Part shown: in pieces, positions 11,968 to 24,504 of the stretch
Position numbering within the stretch: position 1 is the first letter of the stretch
Layout of the letters: each line of letters opens with the position of its first letter
DNA from: Myxococcales bacterium
GTDB lineage: Bacteria; Myxococcota_A; UBA9042; JABWCM01; BTVJ01
Assembly: GCA_045863395.1 (NCBI GenBank)
Contig: BTVJ01000027.1
Span: 28,549 to 92,548, forward strand
DNA length: 64,000 nt
Direction: 5' to 3'
Notes under the pieces: model-generated
What the model was told of the DNA's origin: nothing
Database searches by the model: none
The model's input: the letters and a program-made list of their open reading frames with translations, nothing else
Program-made: the position numbers and the translations under genes

Positions 11968-12281
11968 CAGGACGGCGTCACCGGCATCATCGAAGGCTGA
12001 TGCCGACCCTGCGCTGCACTGGGTGCAGCCCCGCCGTGGAGAGGGCAAGCTGACCCCCGAGCTCAACCGACGCATCCCTCGCGCGGACCTCACCGACGTG
12101 TCCGCCCCAAGCGCCGCAGCCGCGCCGGTCGGATGCTCCGATGTGCGCGGCTGGATCCCGCGCAGGGTCACCGAGTGGACGTCTACAGACGTGGTCTGGG
12201 AGGCGCCCCCCTGGGGTCCGGGGAGCTAGGGTCGTCGGGGGAGCCAGCGTGGGGTCCCGGCGCGCCGGGACCCCCAGACCG

Positions 12282-15200
12282 TCAGGGGAGCTGCCCGTCA
12301 TTGATCCAGGCCTGGATGGTGTCCTGGTCCTGGGCAGTCAGGCAGTTGGGCTTGGCGGCGTCAGTCACTGGGTTGCCGCTACAGCCGCCGCCGAGCGGCA
12401 TGTAGCCCGACTTGATCTGGACCAGGGCGCACTCGCCCTTGGTCTTGCCGGCGCACAGGTAGGACGCCTTCTGAGAGTCCGTGTAGCTGGTGCCGATGTT
12501 GTGGGCGCCGCTGTTGCCGCCCGTGTGGCAACCGCCGCAGTACTTGAAGAAGATCGGCTGCACGTCGGCCCAGACCGTCGCCGGCTCAGGGTCCACGCAG
12601 ACGCCGCCGCCGTCGATGCCGCCGTGGGGGCAATGCAGCGCAGAGGAGGTGGGCACGTCGGAGCCCGCCACGCCCAGGTGGTAGATGCGGCACTGGACCG
12701 TGTCGCCGTCCGCGTCGCCGGGCGACCCCGCCGCGCTGAACGCCGTGCACGCCGCCATGCAGGCGGGGGTGCTCGCGTAGAGCGCGTTGCCGCCCGTGCA
12801 GTTCATCGAGGCGAGGTGACAGTAGTTGTCGCACCAGGACCCGCAGACGGCCCCGCCGGTGGGGCCGGCGTGCGGGCAGTGGACCGCGGCCATGCCTGGC
12901 TGACCCGCGACCGTCGCGTGGTACGTGCGGCAGCCGATGGTGTTCCCGCTGGTGTCCGCGACGGTTCCCGCCGGGAGCATGGCCCACGTCCCACAGTAGG
13001 ACAGACACGCCTCCTTGCTGGCGTACTGGCTGTTGCCGCCCGTACACGCGGCGGTCACCTGGTCGCAGTAGTCCTCGCAGGTGGGCTCTACGGGCTCGGG
13101 ACCGACGCAGACGCCGCCGCCATCCGTTCCGCCGTGGGGGCAGTGGAGCGCCGCGGAGTCGGGCAGGTCGGAGCCGGCCACGCCCAGGTGGTAGATGCGG
13201 CACTGGACCGTGTCACCGTCCGCATCGCCCGGCAGGCCGGCCGCCGAGTATGCGCCGCAGGCGGTCATGCAGGCGGGCGTGTTGGCGAACAGCGCGTTGC
13301 CGCCCGTGCAGTTCATGCCGGCCAGGTGGCAGTAGTTGTCGCACCAGGACCCGCACACGTCGCCGCCCGTCGGCCCGGCGTGGGGGCAGTGGGTCGCCGC
13401 CATGCCCGGCTGCCCTGCCACGGTCGCGTGGTAGATGCGGCAGCCCAGGGTGTTGCCGCTCTTGTCCGCCGTCGTGCCCGCCGGGAGCATCGCCCAGGTG
13501 TCACAGTAGGCCAGGCACGCGGCGGCGCTGGCATACTGGGCGTCGCCGCCCGTGCACGACCCCATGACCGCCGTGCAGTAGTCCGCGCATGTCGGAGTGG
13601 GCCCGAGCGGATCGACGCAGACGCCGCCGCCGTCCAGTCCGCCGTGCGGACAGTGCATGGTGGCGGAGTCGGGCAGGTCGGAGCCGGCCACCCCCAGGTG
13701 GTAGATGCGGCACTGGACCGTGTCGCCGTCCGCGTCTCCCTGCGCCCCGCCGTCGTCCAGGCCAGCACACGACGCCATGCACGCGGCGGTGCTCCCGTAG
13801 ATCGCGTTGGCGCCCGTGCAGTTCGTGCTCGCGAGGTGGCAGTAGTTGTCACACCACGAGCCGCACACCTCGCCACCAGCCGGACCCGCGTGCGGACAGT
13901 GCGTCGCCGCGTTGCCGGGCTGTGCGGCGACCTGTGCGTGGTAGAGGCGGCACCCGATGGTGTTTCCGCTGGTGTCGCCGGTCTTGCCCGGGGGCAGCAT
14001 CGCCCACGTGCCGCAGTAGGAGAGGCAGGCCGCCTCACTGCCGTACTGTGCGTTGCCGCCCGTGCACGCGGCGCTGACGGTGGCGCAGTACTCGGCGCAG
14101 GTCGGGGGTGGGTCCACGCAGACGCCGCCGCCGTCCACCCCGCCATGGGGGCAGTGCTCGGCGGCGGACGCCGGCTTGTTGGAGCCGGCCACGCCCAGAT
14201 GGTAGATGCGGCACTGGACCGTGTCACCGCCAGCGTCGCCGGACGCGCCTCCGTCGCTCATGGCGGCGCAGGCCGCCTGGCACTGGGGCAGGCTGCCGTA
14301 CAGGGCGTTGCCGCCCGTGCAGTTGGTCATGGCGAGCTGGCAGTAGGTGTCGCACCAGGAGCCGCACACATCGCCGCCCGACGGGCCCGCGTGGGGGCAG
14401 TGTGCCGCGGCGTTGCCCGGCGTGCCCGCCACGGTCGCGTGGTAGAGGCGGCACCCGATCGTGTTACCCGCCGTGTCCGCATAGCTGCCGGCCGGCATGG
14501 ACGACGCCGTGATGCAGTACGCGATGCACGCAGCCTCGCTCGGGTACTGGGCGTTGGCGCCGGTGCACGCCGCGCTCACCGTGGCGCAATACTCGGCGCA
14601 GGTCGGGGGCGGCTCGGAGCACACGCCGCCGCCGTCGATGCCGCCGTGGGGGCAGTGGGACGCCGCGGAGGCCGGCGGCGCCGACCCCGCGACACCCAGG
14701 TGGTAGATGCGGCACTGCACCGAGTCGCCGTCGATGGCGTTCGGCGCGGCGTCGTCGGCGAAGGCGCCGCACGCCGCCTGGCACGCGGCGTCGCTTGCGA
14801 ACAGGGCGTTGCCTCCGGTGCAGTTGGTGCCGGCCAGGTGGCAGTAGTTGTCGCACCACGACCCGCACACGTCCCCGCCCGACGGGCCGGCGTGGGGGCA
14901 GTGTGCGTCCGCGTTGCCCGGCATACCCGCGACGGTCGCGTGGTAGAGGCGGCACCCGACGGTGTTGCCGCCGACGTCGTCGAAGGAGCCCGCGGGGAGC
15001 TGCGCCCAGTCCTCACAGTAGGCGATGCACTCGATCTCGCTCCCGTACTGTGCGTTGCCGCCCGTGCACGCCGCCTGGATGGTCTGGCAGTACTCCTCGC
15101 AGGTGGGGGTGGGCTCGGGCTCCACGCACACGCCCCCCCCATCGGCCGCGCCGTGCGGGCAGTGCGCAGCCGCGGACGCCGCGTCCGTGCCGGCGACACC

Positions 15201-16925
15201 CAGGTGGTAGATGCGGCACTGGACCGAGTCCCCGTCGGCGGCGCCTGGAGCGCCCGTGGCGTCCATGGCGACGCACGCCTCCAGGCACTTGTCGCTGTTC
15301 GGGTAGATGGCGTTCGCCCCCGTGCAGTTGCCCGTGGCCAGGTGGCAGTAGTTGGTGCACCAGGTGCCGCAGACGTTGCCGCCGGACGGACCGGCGTGGG
15401 GGCAGTGCATCGCCGCGTTGCCCGGCTGCGCTGCCACGCTTGCGTGGTAGATGCGGCAGCCGATGGTGTTGCCGGCGGTGTCCTGGAGCGTCCCCGCCGG
15501 CAGCTTGCCCTGGGTCGCGCAGTACGTGAGGCAGGCGGCTTCGGTCGCGTACTGTGCGTTGGCCCCCGTGCACGCCGCCATCACGGTGGCGCAGTAGTCC
15601 TCACACGTGGGCTCCGTGGGGCCCGGCTCCACGCACACGCCGCCGCCGTCCGGCGCCCCGTGGGGGCAGTGGGTGGTCGCCATGGCGCCTCCCTGGCCCG
15701 CGACGCCCAGGTGGTAGATGCGACACTGCACCGAGTCGCCGTCGGCGTCGCCGGGTGCGCCATCGGAGTTCAAGGCCTCGCATGCCGCGGTGCACTCGCC
15801 GGCGTCGGCGTAGATGGCGTCGCCCCCGGTGCAGTTGGTGATCGCCAGGTGGCAGTAGTTGTCGCACCACGACCCGCACACGTCGCCGCCCGTGGGGCCC
15901 GCGTGGGGGCAGTGCGCTGCCGCGTTGCCGGGGGTGGCGGCCACCGTCGCGTGGTAGATGCGGCACCCGACCGTGTTGCCGCTGGTGTCCGACAGGGAGC
16001 CGAGCGGCAGCTTGCCCTGCTGGCCGCAGTAGGTCAGGCAGTCGGCGTGGCTCGCGTACTGGGCGTTGTCGCCCGTGCACGCGGCGGTCACCGCATCGCA
16101 GTAGTCCTCGCAGGTCGGGTCCGTGGGGCCGGGATCCACGCAGACCCCGCCACCATCGGGAGCGCCGTGCGGGCAGTGGGTCGCACTGGACAGCGGCGGG
16201 TTCGTGCCCGCCACGCCCAGATGGTAGATGCGGCACTGCACCGAGTCGCCGTCGACGGCGCCGATCTCTCCGGCGTCCGAGAACGCGTCGCACGCGGTCG
16301 TGCACTCGGAGTCCAACTGGTAGAGCATGTGGGCGCCCTGGCAGTTCTTGGCGGCCAGGTGGCAGTAGTTGTCGCACCAGGAGCCGCAGACGCCGCCGCC
16401 CGTCGGGCCGGCGTGCGGGCAGTGGGCGTCCGCATTGCCCGGCTGCGCGGCCACTGTGGCGTGGTACGTGCGGCACGCGATGGAGTTGCCCAAGGTGTCG
16501 CCCGGGTCGCCGGCCGGGAAGGCCGCGATGGTTCCACAGTAGTCGAGGCACTCCTCGATGCTCGGGTACTGGGCGTTGCCCCCGGTGCATGCTGCCTGGA
16601 CCGCTGAACAGTAGTCGGCGCAGCTCGGCTCGGTCGGAGGGACGTCGGCCCCCGTGTCAGTGCCGGTGTCACCGCCGCCGGTGTCACCTCCACCCGTGTC
16701 GCCGCCAGTGTCGCCGCCCCCAGCATCGCCGCCGGTGTCGCCGCCCGTGTCGCCGCCACCCGTGTCGCCGCCGGCGTCAGAGCCCGTGTCCGCGCCGCCC
16801 GTGTCTGCGCCGGTATCTGCCGTCGTGTCCTCGGTCGTGGCCGGCGAGTCGCCCTCGTCGGGGCACCCGGCCAGAATGACGGCCGCCAGAAGCGCCGTCC
16901 CCCATGCTACAAGCCTCGTCCTCAT
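12282..16925 (-). CDS. Giant lipoprotein: 8 tandem double His/Cys modules plus a C-terminal monoheme cytochrome c
   Basis: Start ATG 16925 after GGAGG; lipobox LAGC; DTGG linker; 8 units of about 170 aa, each with two CRxYH...HCPH halves; C-terminal CGGCH and GYMP. Confidence 0.85.
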   Translation of the reverse strand: MRTRLVAWGTALLAAVILAGCPDEGDSPATTEDTTADTGADTGGADTGSDAGGDTGGGDTGGDTGGDAGGGDTGGDTGGGDTGGGDTGTDTGADVPPTEPSCADYCSAVQAACTGGNAQYPSIEECLDYCGTIAAFPAGDPGDTLGNSIACRTYHATVAAQPGNADAHCPHAGPTGGGVCGSWCDNYCHLAAKNCQGAHMLYQLDSECTTACDAFSDAGEIGAVDGDSVQCRIYHLGVAGTNPPLSSATHCPHGAPDGGGVCVDPGPTDPTCEDYCDAVTAACTGDNAQYASHADCLTYCGQQGKLPLGSLSDTSGNTVGCRIYHATVAATPGNAAAHCPHAGPTGGDVCGSWCDNYCHLAITNCTGGDAIYADAGECTAACEALNSDGAPGDADGDSVQCRIYHLGVAGQGGAMATTHCPHGAPDGGGVCVEPGPTEPTCEDYCATVMAACTGANAQYATEAACLTYCATQGKLPAGTLQDTAGNTIGCRIYHASVAAQPGNAAMHCPHAGPSGGNVCGTWCTNYCHLATGNCTGANAIYPNSDKCLEACVAMDATGAPGAADGDSVQCRIYHLGVAGTDAASAAAHCPHGAADGGGVCVEPEPTPTCEEYCQTIQAACTGGNAQYGSEIECIAYCEDWAQLPAGSFDDVGGNTVGCRLYHATVAGMPGNADAHCPHAGPSGGDVCGSWCDNYCHLAGTNCTGGNALFASDAACQAACGAFADDAAPNAIDGDSVQCRIYHLGVAGSAPPASAASHCPHGGIDGGGVCSEPPPTCAEYCATVSAACTGANAQYPSEAACIAYCITASSMPAGSYADTAGNTIGCRLYHATVAGTPGNAAAHCPHAGPSGGDVCGSWCDTYCQLAMTNCTGGNALYGSLPQCQAACAAMSDGGASGDAGGDTVQCRIYHLGVAGSNKPASAAEHCPHGGVDGGGVCVDPPPTCAEYCATVSAACTGGNAQYGSEAACLSYCGTWAMLPPGKTGDTSGNTIGCRLYHAQVAAQPGNAATHCPHAGPAGGEVCGSWCDNYCHLASTNCTGANAIYGSTAACMASCAGLDDGGAQGDADGDTVQCRIYHLGVAGSDLPDSATMHCPHGGLDGGGVCVDPLGPTPTCADYCTAVMGSCTGGDAQYASAAACLAYCDTWAMLPAGTTADKSGNTLGCRIYHATVAGQPGMAATHCPHAGPTGGDVCGSWCDNYCHLAGMNCTGGNALFANTPACMTACGAYSAAGLPGDADGDTVQCRIYHLGVAGSDLPDSAALHCPHGGTDGGGVCVGPEPVEPTCEDYCDQVTAACTGGNSQYASKEACLSYCGTWAMLPAGTVADTSGNTIGCRTYHATVAGQPGMAAVHCPHAGPTGGAVCGSWCDNYCHLASMNCTGGNALYASTPACMAACTAFSAAGSPGDADGDTVQCRIYHLGVAGSDVPTSSALHCPHGGIDGGGVCVDPEPATVWADVQPIFFKYCGGCHTGGNSGAHNIGTSYTDSQKASYLCAGKTKGECALVQIKSGYMPLGGGCSGNPVTDAAKPNCLTAQDQDTIQAWINDGQLP
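12590..16630 (-). repeat. Eight intragenic tandem repeats of about 500 bp
   Basis: Recurring DNA such as ggtggtagatgcggcactg and gcagtagttgtcgcacca at about 500-bp spacing; boundaries approximate. Confidence 0.85.
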
Positions 16926-17205
16926 GTGTCCTCCGGCTACAAGTCGATCTGCTCCGTGGCGCAGCGCGCGCCGCGGGGTGGGTCGCAAAGTCTCTACGCG
17001 CCCGACGGGGGAATCAGATCGGTTGGATCCGATCAGGGATGCACAATCCGCGGCGAGTCAGGGACGGGGCGCGGAGACCGTGCGGGCGGTGACGGGATTA
17101 GTAGCAGCACCCGCGGACAGAAGGCAACCCCAGCGAGCGGTATTGGCGCGGAATTGATGGGATACGACTACGATCTGCCCCCACGGACCTGCCGAAGGAC
17201 GTGGT

Positions 17206-19293
<2,088 letters not shown>

Positions 19294-19457
19294 CAGGGTC
19301 AGCAACGAATAGCTGCACGCCCCTCATGGCCGCCTTCGGGCGGCTCGGCCCCGCCCAACCCCGGGAGGTACCAGGAGTACATCCGCGGGGTTGGCCGAGG
19401 CCGATCCGCCGCGAACTCGGCGCATGAGGGCCGCGCCCAGATTTGTTGCTGACCCTG
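19294..19457. mobile_element. MITE-like element, 164 bp
   Basis: Terminal inverted repeats CAGGGTCAGCAACgAAT / ATTTGTTGCTGACCCTG match at 16/17. Flanking TGA direct repeats at 19291-19293 and 19458-19460. Nested internal stems; no transposase. Confidence 0.75.
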
Positions 19458-19464
19458 TGAGAGC

Positions 19465-21330
19465 CTACTGGCTCAGGTCGCTGGACGACTTGACGAGGTT
19501 CTTGGCCTGATACTGGTTCACGGTGAAGGTCTGGCGCCGCCACGACGCCCCGTTGGTCACGACCGCGTAGTTGTCGCCCTGGTACTGGTCGTCGCTGATC
19601 AGCAGCTCCGTGCTGGTCCCGTCGGTCAGCGTGACCTGGAGGCGGAACGCCTTGTCCTTGCTGAGCCCCGCCTCGTCTGCGCCCTTCTCGGGCACGAAGG
19701 CCTTGGCCTTCAGGTTGACCAGCGTGGTGACGAGCGAGCTGATCTTCGTGGCGTCGCCGCTCAGCCCCGTGGGCACCGCGATCTTCCACGCCTTGGTGGC
19801 GTCGGGCTCGGCCGGGTCCCGCTCCAGCTCCACGGCCTCGCCGCCGCTCCCCTTCTGGAGGACGATGCGCGCCATGGCCTCCCGCGTGAAGGGGAACACC
19901 TGCTTGTCACGGAGCTCCGTCTGGGTCCGGTCGAGCTTCTTCGCGCTGTAGGAGCTCGCCTGCCAGACCTCCGCGGAGTCACCCTCGCGCCCCACCCAGG
20001 TCTTGCCGTCCGCCTCGCCGCCGATGAGCAGGACCACGTCGGCTCCACCCGCCCGCACGACCACCCGCTTCGCCGTCGGACCGAGCCCCGTGGTCTCGAC
20101 GGGCGGGGGCGGCGCCACGAAGTCCGTGACCGCGAAGGCCTCGATGTCCCGCAGCAGGGTGTTGACCTCGTCGGTCCCCAGCTCGAAGCCCGCGGGCTTG
20201 ACGGCGCTCCACTGATCGCCGACCCGCTGGATGTCGACACCTGCCTCGGCGAACGCCACCCCCTCGATCTGGTCGGCCTTGAGCCCGAGCACCTTCTTCT
20301 CTCGCAGGTCGGACACGGTCTTCTTCAGCGTCCCCGCGGTGTACTTGGAGATCTTGTACGCCTCGGTGCCACCCCTCAGCGTGGCCCAGGTGTTGGCCCC
20401 GTCCTCCGCGCCGAGCGCCAGCGTCACGGTCTTGCCGTCTCGCAGCTCCGCAGTGATCTCGAAGGGCTTGTCGGACTCCGCGAGACCCCCGTCCGCCGCG
20501 GCGTCGAGCCCCACGTACTCCGCGACCCGCAGGCCCGCCAGGCCCGCCAGGAGCGCCGACGGGCTGCCGAGGACCTTGTCGGCGGGCACCTCGAACGCCC
20601 AGTCTCCGTCGCCCGCAGGCGCATCGCCCTCCGGCGGCGGTGCCCTGTCCACGAGCACGATCTGCGGATGCGCCTCGTCGGCCGGGTTCCGGAGCGTCAG
20701 CTTGCGGATGTCCGCCTTCTCGAAGTCGAACAGCTTCTTGTCCCGCAGGTCGTTCACCTCGATGGCGAACGGCGTGTGCAAGTCCTTGCCGCCCATGCGG
20801 AAGATCTGCCCGCCGCCCTTCTCCGTGACCCAGGTGTCGATCTCGTCGGCCCCCGCCTCCGGGTCCTCCGCCTTCTCGCTGCCGCCCACCACGAAGCTCG
20901 CCCAGGGGGCGCCGCCCTTGAAGATCTCGACGGTGGTCGCCTCGTTCTCGGCCAGGCCGTAGAGCGCGAGGTCCTCCTCCTTGTACGCCTTGGCGAACAG
21001 GCTCTCCGTGGGGGTCTGGAGCGGCATCAGCATCTGCTTGACCTTGAACTGCTCCACCCGCGCGTCCACGGGCTCGGACATGCGCCACACGTCCTCGTCC
21101 TTCTCCTTGGTCTTCGTCAACACGACGCGCCGCCCGGCCCGCTCGATGACGATGCGGTCGAAGCCCGGGTCCTTCAGGTCGGTGGTGGTCTTCGCCGCCG
21201 TCGCCGCGTCCTCCAGGAAGCCGGGGATCGTCAGCGTCGCCTGGCGGTCGTCGGTCTTGCGCTCCATGAGCAGGACGGCAGCCAGCAGCGCAGCGAAGGC
21301 CAGCAGAACGAACAGGGTCGTCTTCTTCAT
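19465..21330 (-). CDS. DUF4340 domain protein (about three repeats)
   Basis: N-terminal anchor; repeated LRDKKLF/LREKKVL/LRDKQVF and [YT]GL motifs; last gene of the Gld-like ABC operon. Confidence 0.8.
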   Translation of the reverse strand: MKKTTLFVLLAFAALLAAVLLMERKTDDRQATLTIPGFLEDAATAAKTTTDLKDPGFDRIVIERAGRRVVLTKTKEKDEDVWRMSEPVDARVEQFKVKQMLMPLQTPTESLFAKAYKEEDLALYGLAENEATTVEIFKGGAPWASFVVGGSEKAEDPEAGADEIDTWVTEKGGGQIFRMGGKDLHTPFAIEVNDLRDKKLFDFEKADIRKLTLRNPADEAHPQIVLVDRAPPPEGDAPAGDGDWAFEVPADKVLGSPSALLAGLAGLRVAEYVGLDAAADGGLAESDKPFEITAELRDGKTVTLALGAEDGANTWATLRGGTEAYKISKYTAGTLKKTVSDLREKKVLGLKADQIEGVAFAEAGVDIQRVGDQWSAVKPAGFELGTDEVNTLLRDIEAFAVTDFVAPPPPVETTGLGPTAKRVVVRAGGADVVLLIGGEADGKTWVGREGDSAEVWQASSYSAKKLDRTQTELRDKQVFPFTREAMARIVLQKGSGGEAVELERDPAEPDATKAWKIAVPTGLSGDATKISSLVTTLVNLKAKAFVPEKGADEAGLSKDKAFRLQVTLTDGTSTELLISDDQYQGDNYAVVTNGASWRRQTFTVNQYQAKNLVKSSSDLSQ

Positions 21331-21345
21331 GGTCGCCTCCCCGAA

Positions 21346-23742
21346 TCAGGACCGCAGGTCCAGCTTGCGCCGGCGGCGCAGCGCCCACCGGGCGATGCCG
21401 AACAGGATGAATGCCGCCGGGACTCCGATGATGTTCGCGTACTTGATCGCGCGCTTCGTCGAGTCCTCCAGTCTGGCCAGGGGCCGTTCCGTGTACTCCT
21501 TGGCGCGAATCTCCACCAGCGCGTCGTTCTGCAGCGACCAGTCCAGCACGTTGAACAGGAACCGCAGGTTCTGCTGCACGGTCTCCGAGATCTGCGAGAT
21601 CCGGATCTGCCAGTTCTGGAACTGTGCGTAGTACTTGCGGAGGTCCTTGAGGAACTCGATGCCCCCCTGCGACACCTGCGCGATGTCGAAGCCCGCGAAC
21701 ACGTCCTCGGGGTTGAGGCCGCCGATGCCCAGGTTCGACCCAAGCACCAGGAGCCGCACCTTGCCCGCGTCGGTCCGCTTGCGGTCCTTGTCCGCGTCCG
21801 CCTCCGCGCCCTCCTTCGCCGGGATGTCCTTGCCCTTGAAGAAGCTGTCGAACTCTCCCGCGACATAGACGGCCGCCGACGCAGGCTCACCGGTCGCGGG
21901 TGTCTCCTTCGCGAAGCGGAGCTGGTCCGGCGGCAGCAGCGGCAGGTTGGCGATGGTGTCCGCCCCCTTCACGATGGCCTCGCCGGACGTCTTCACGAGC
22001 ACCTCCCCCTTGCCCTTGGCCGCGTCGGTCAGGGACACCGTGCTCGCGTAGGGCAGCGTCAGGTGGTCGAGGCCCTTCATGAGCACGTTGTCTGTATTGA
22101 GGTCGGTGAACGAAGGGAGCATCGGGTACGGGAAGGCCTTCTGGGTCTGCCAGCGCAGGCGCCCCTGCTGGGTGGTCACCGTCACCACCACCGGCTCGTT
22201 GGCGCTGGGCTCCAGGATGACGTCTTTCCCCACCCTCGCGCCGTAGTGCTCCAGCAGGTCGCCCAGGTTGGTCGCGTTCTCGACGAGCGCCGTGTAGTCC
22301 GTCGCCTCCTCGTCGCCGAGATCGTCGCCGGGCTTGATGTTGTAGAGGCTCATGTCCCAGGTGCTCGCCAGCAGGACCACCGGCCGCCCGCGCAGCAGGA
22401 ACTGGTCCAGCTCGAACTTCTCTCGGTCCTTGAAGGGCTTGGTCGGCCCGTAGATGATCAGCGCCTCGATGTCGTCGCCCACCTTCTCGGTGAGGTTCAC
22501 CTGGCGGATGTCGAACCCGCGCCGCTTGAACAGGTTCTGGTTGATGCCCTGGTTGATCTGGTTGATCTGCTGCTCCACCTGGGCCGCCTGCCCGAGGAAC
22601 TGCTTGATCATCGGGTTCTGCTGCCCCAGCAGGACCGCCATGTCCGTCTTGATCACGGGGTCCATGCGCGGGAACGGGCAGAACTCCCCGTGGCCGCAGA
22701 CGAAGCCGATCTGCTTCTGGCCCGGGCTGTTGACCAGGTTGTCGTGGTCCTTGTCAATCTCGGTGTAGGCTTGGTGGAGCGCGGCCGCGATCTGGATCGC
22801 TGCCGCGGCCTTCTCTTTCTCCTCCGAGCCCAGATACTCCATGAGCTGGCCGTAGCCCTCCGCGTACTGCTCGATTCCCCCGAGCAGGATCCTCACGTAC
22901 TCGTTGTCGTGTCGTGACAGCACGGGACGCGCGGTCTCCATCTTCGCCTTGATGGGGTCGCAGGCCTTCTTGATCTCGTCGGCGCTCTGCTGGAAGCGGG
23001 CGAGATCCTCTTTGCTCTGCTCAGCGGCCGCCATCAGCCCCTTCAGGCTCGCGTCGTCCCCCGCCTCCGTCGGCTTGCTCACGGCCTCGAGCTTCTGGTC
23101 GCAGGTCCGGACCGCCTCGAAGACCTCCTTGCCCGCAGAGAGCATGTCCTTCATGAGGATGCTCTTCTCGTGCTTCTCCTTCAGCCGGAGCAGTATCTTC
23201 GTGATGTCGAGCTCGTAGGAGTCGGGGTTGATGGCGAGGGGGTAGACCTCCTTCACGTTCTTGTAGAGAAACACCGCCCCCAAGGCATACTCCTGGAACT
23301 CGATGCGGCCGCTCTTCTGGACCTTCGCCTCGTCGCTGGCGAAGAGCTGGACCTTGCTCTTCTTGGCCTCCTCTTCGACGTTGTCCGAGACGTAGTCGAG
23401 CTTCATCTGCCCGTCGGAGTAGGCCTGATACTCCTCCAGGCGGTCGCGGAGCTTCCTGTCCACCCCGCGCAGGCTCACGGACTGGCCGTAGCCGAGCTTG
23501 ATGCTGTCCGGCAGCGGGGAGGAGATATAGACCTGCACCGTCAGGTCGTCGAGGGCCTTGACCGCCTCCTTGGAGGCAGCGCTCAACGTGTGGATGCCGT
23601 TCTGCGTGAGGTCCACGCGCCCGAAGAGGCGCGGCGAGATGAAGAACAGCAGGAGGATGATGATCCCCGCCGCCGCCAGCACGGTGACCAGCGCGTTGGA
23701 CCCGGACCGGGTGCGCGCCTTGCGGTTCATGTCGGTCGCCAT
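21346..23742 (-). CDS. GldG-like ABC transporter auxiliary protein
   Basis: RVDLTQNGIHTLS, IGFVCGHGE, LDQFLLRG, FLFNVLDW, and a C-terminal TM followed by RRRRK. Confidence 0.85.
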   Translation of the reverse strand: MATDMNRKARTRSGSNALVTVLAAAGIIILLLFFISPRLFGRVDLTQNGIHTLSAASKEAVKALDDLTVQVYISSPLPDSIKLGYGQSVSLRGVDRKLRDRLEEYQAYSDGQMKLDYVSDNVEEEAKKSKVQLFASDEAKVQKSGRIEFQEYALGAVFLYKNVKEVYPLAINPDSYELDITKILLRLKEKHEKSILMKDMLSAGKEVFEAVRTCDQKLEAVSKPTEAGDDASLKGLMAAAEQSKEDLARFQQSADEIKKACDPIKAKMETARPVLSRHDNEYVRILLGGIEQYAEGYGQLMEYLGSEEKEKAAAAIQIAAALHQAYTEIDKDHDNLVNSPGQKQIGFVCGHGEFCPFPRMDPVIKTDMAVLLGQQNPMIKQFLGQAAQVEQQINQINQGINQNLFKRRGFDIRQVNLTEKVGDDIEALIIYGPTKPFKDREKFELDQFLLRGRPVVLLASTWDMSLYNIKPGDDLGDEEATDYTALVENATNLGDLLEHYGARVGKDVILEPSANEPVVVTVTTQQGRLRWQTQKAFPYPMLPSFTDLNTDNVLMKGLDHLTLPYASTVSLTDAAKGKGEVLVKTSGEAIVKGADTIANLPLLPPDQLRFAKETPATGEPASAAVYVAGEFDSFFKGKDIPAKEGAEADADKDRKRTDAGKVRLLVLGSNLGIGGLNPEDVFAGFDIAQVSQGGIEFLKDLRKYYAQFQNWQIRISQISETVQQNLRFLFNVLDWSLQNDALVEIRAKEYTERPLARLEDSTKRAIKYANIIGVPAAFILFGIARWALRRRRKLDLRS

Positions 23743-23752
23743 CAGTCTCCTC

Positions 23753-24490
23753 CTATGCCCGCCACTTGCGGCTCTCGAGCGAGTAGGTCGAGAGCAGCAG
23801 CGGGAGCGCGATCATGGACACGAAGAAGATCAGGTCCCGTGAGTCGAGCACGCCGCGGGAAATGTTCTGGGCGTGGGCCTTGACGCTCAGGAGCGCCAGG
23901 GACTGCCGGGTGGCCTCCCATGCGGCCCCGATGAGCTGGTCCACGTAGTAGAAGAACGTACAGATCAGCGCGGCCAGGATGAACGCGATGATCTGGTTTC
24001 GGGTCCATGTGGACGCCAGGAGCCCGATGGCCAGGTAGGCGCCGCCAATCAGGATGAGGCCCAGATACCCCCCGACGATGGGCCCGACGTCCGGGCGCCC
24101 GAGGGACATGACCGTGACGACGTAGGGGAGGGTCAGGAGCAGCGCCACGCCGAGAAACAGGAGGCCGCCCAGGAACTTGCCGGCGACGATCTCTCCGTCC
24201 CGGACGGGCAGGGTGGTCAGCAGCTCCATGGTCCCGGTCTTCTTCTCTTCGCTGATCATGCGCATGCTGACCGCTGGCATGAAGATGGCCAGCAGGACCG
24301 GCACACCCTCGAAGAGCCTGCGCAGGGAGGCCTCGTTCGCCTCGAAGAAGTCGCCCGCCCCGGCGCTCAGGAACCCGAAGAAGAAGTCCAGGCCCACGAG
24401 CAGCAGGAAGGTGCTCAGTGTGACGTAGGCGATCGGAGAGTCGAAGTAGCTCGCAAACTCGCGCTTGCCGATGATCCACGCTTTCTTCAT
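23753..24490 (-). CDS. GldF-like ABC-2 permease
   Basis: MKKAWIIGKREFASYFDSPIAY, MRMISEEKKTGTMELLTTLP, GVLDSRDLIFF. Start set at ATG 24490. Confidence 0.9.
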   Translation of the reverse strand: MKKAWIIGKREFASYFDSPIAYVTLSTFLLLVGLDFFFGFLSAGAGDFFEANEASLRRLFEGVPVLLAIFMPAVSMRMISEEKKTGTMELLTTLPVRDGEIVAGKFLGGLLFLGVALLLTLPYVVTVMSLGRPDVGPIVGGYLGLILIGGAYLAIGLLASTWTRNQIIAFILAALICTFFYYVDQLIGAAWEATRQSLALLSVKAHAQNISRGVLDSRDLIFFVSMIALPLLLSTYSLESRKWRA

Positions 24491-24504
24491 GGGGTCTCCT
24501 CGAC

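Noticed and set aside
11968..12281. Hairpin-rich gap between convergent genes as an ncRNA
   Set aside because: Short stems are expected at this GC content; no terminal repeats or recognisable RNA family.
12141..16607. 1488-aa plus-strand ORF
   Set aside because: Antisense shadow of the repeat lipoprotein; high GC suppresses stops and it has no motifs.
12590..16630. Canonical multiheme cytochrome or nanowire
   Set aside because: Only one CxxCH is present. The CX3CH motifs may be disulfide Cys, so this is kept only as a hypothesis.
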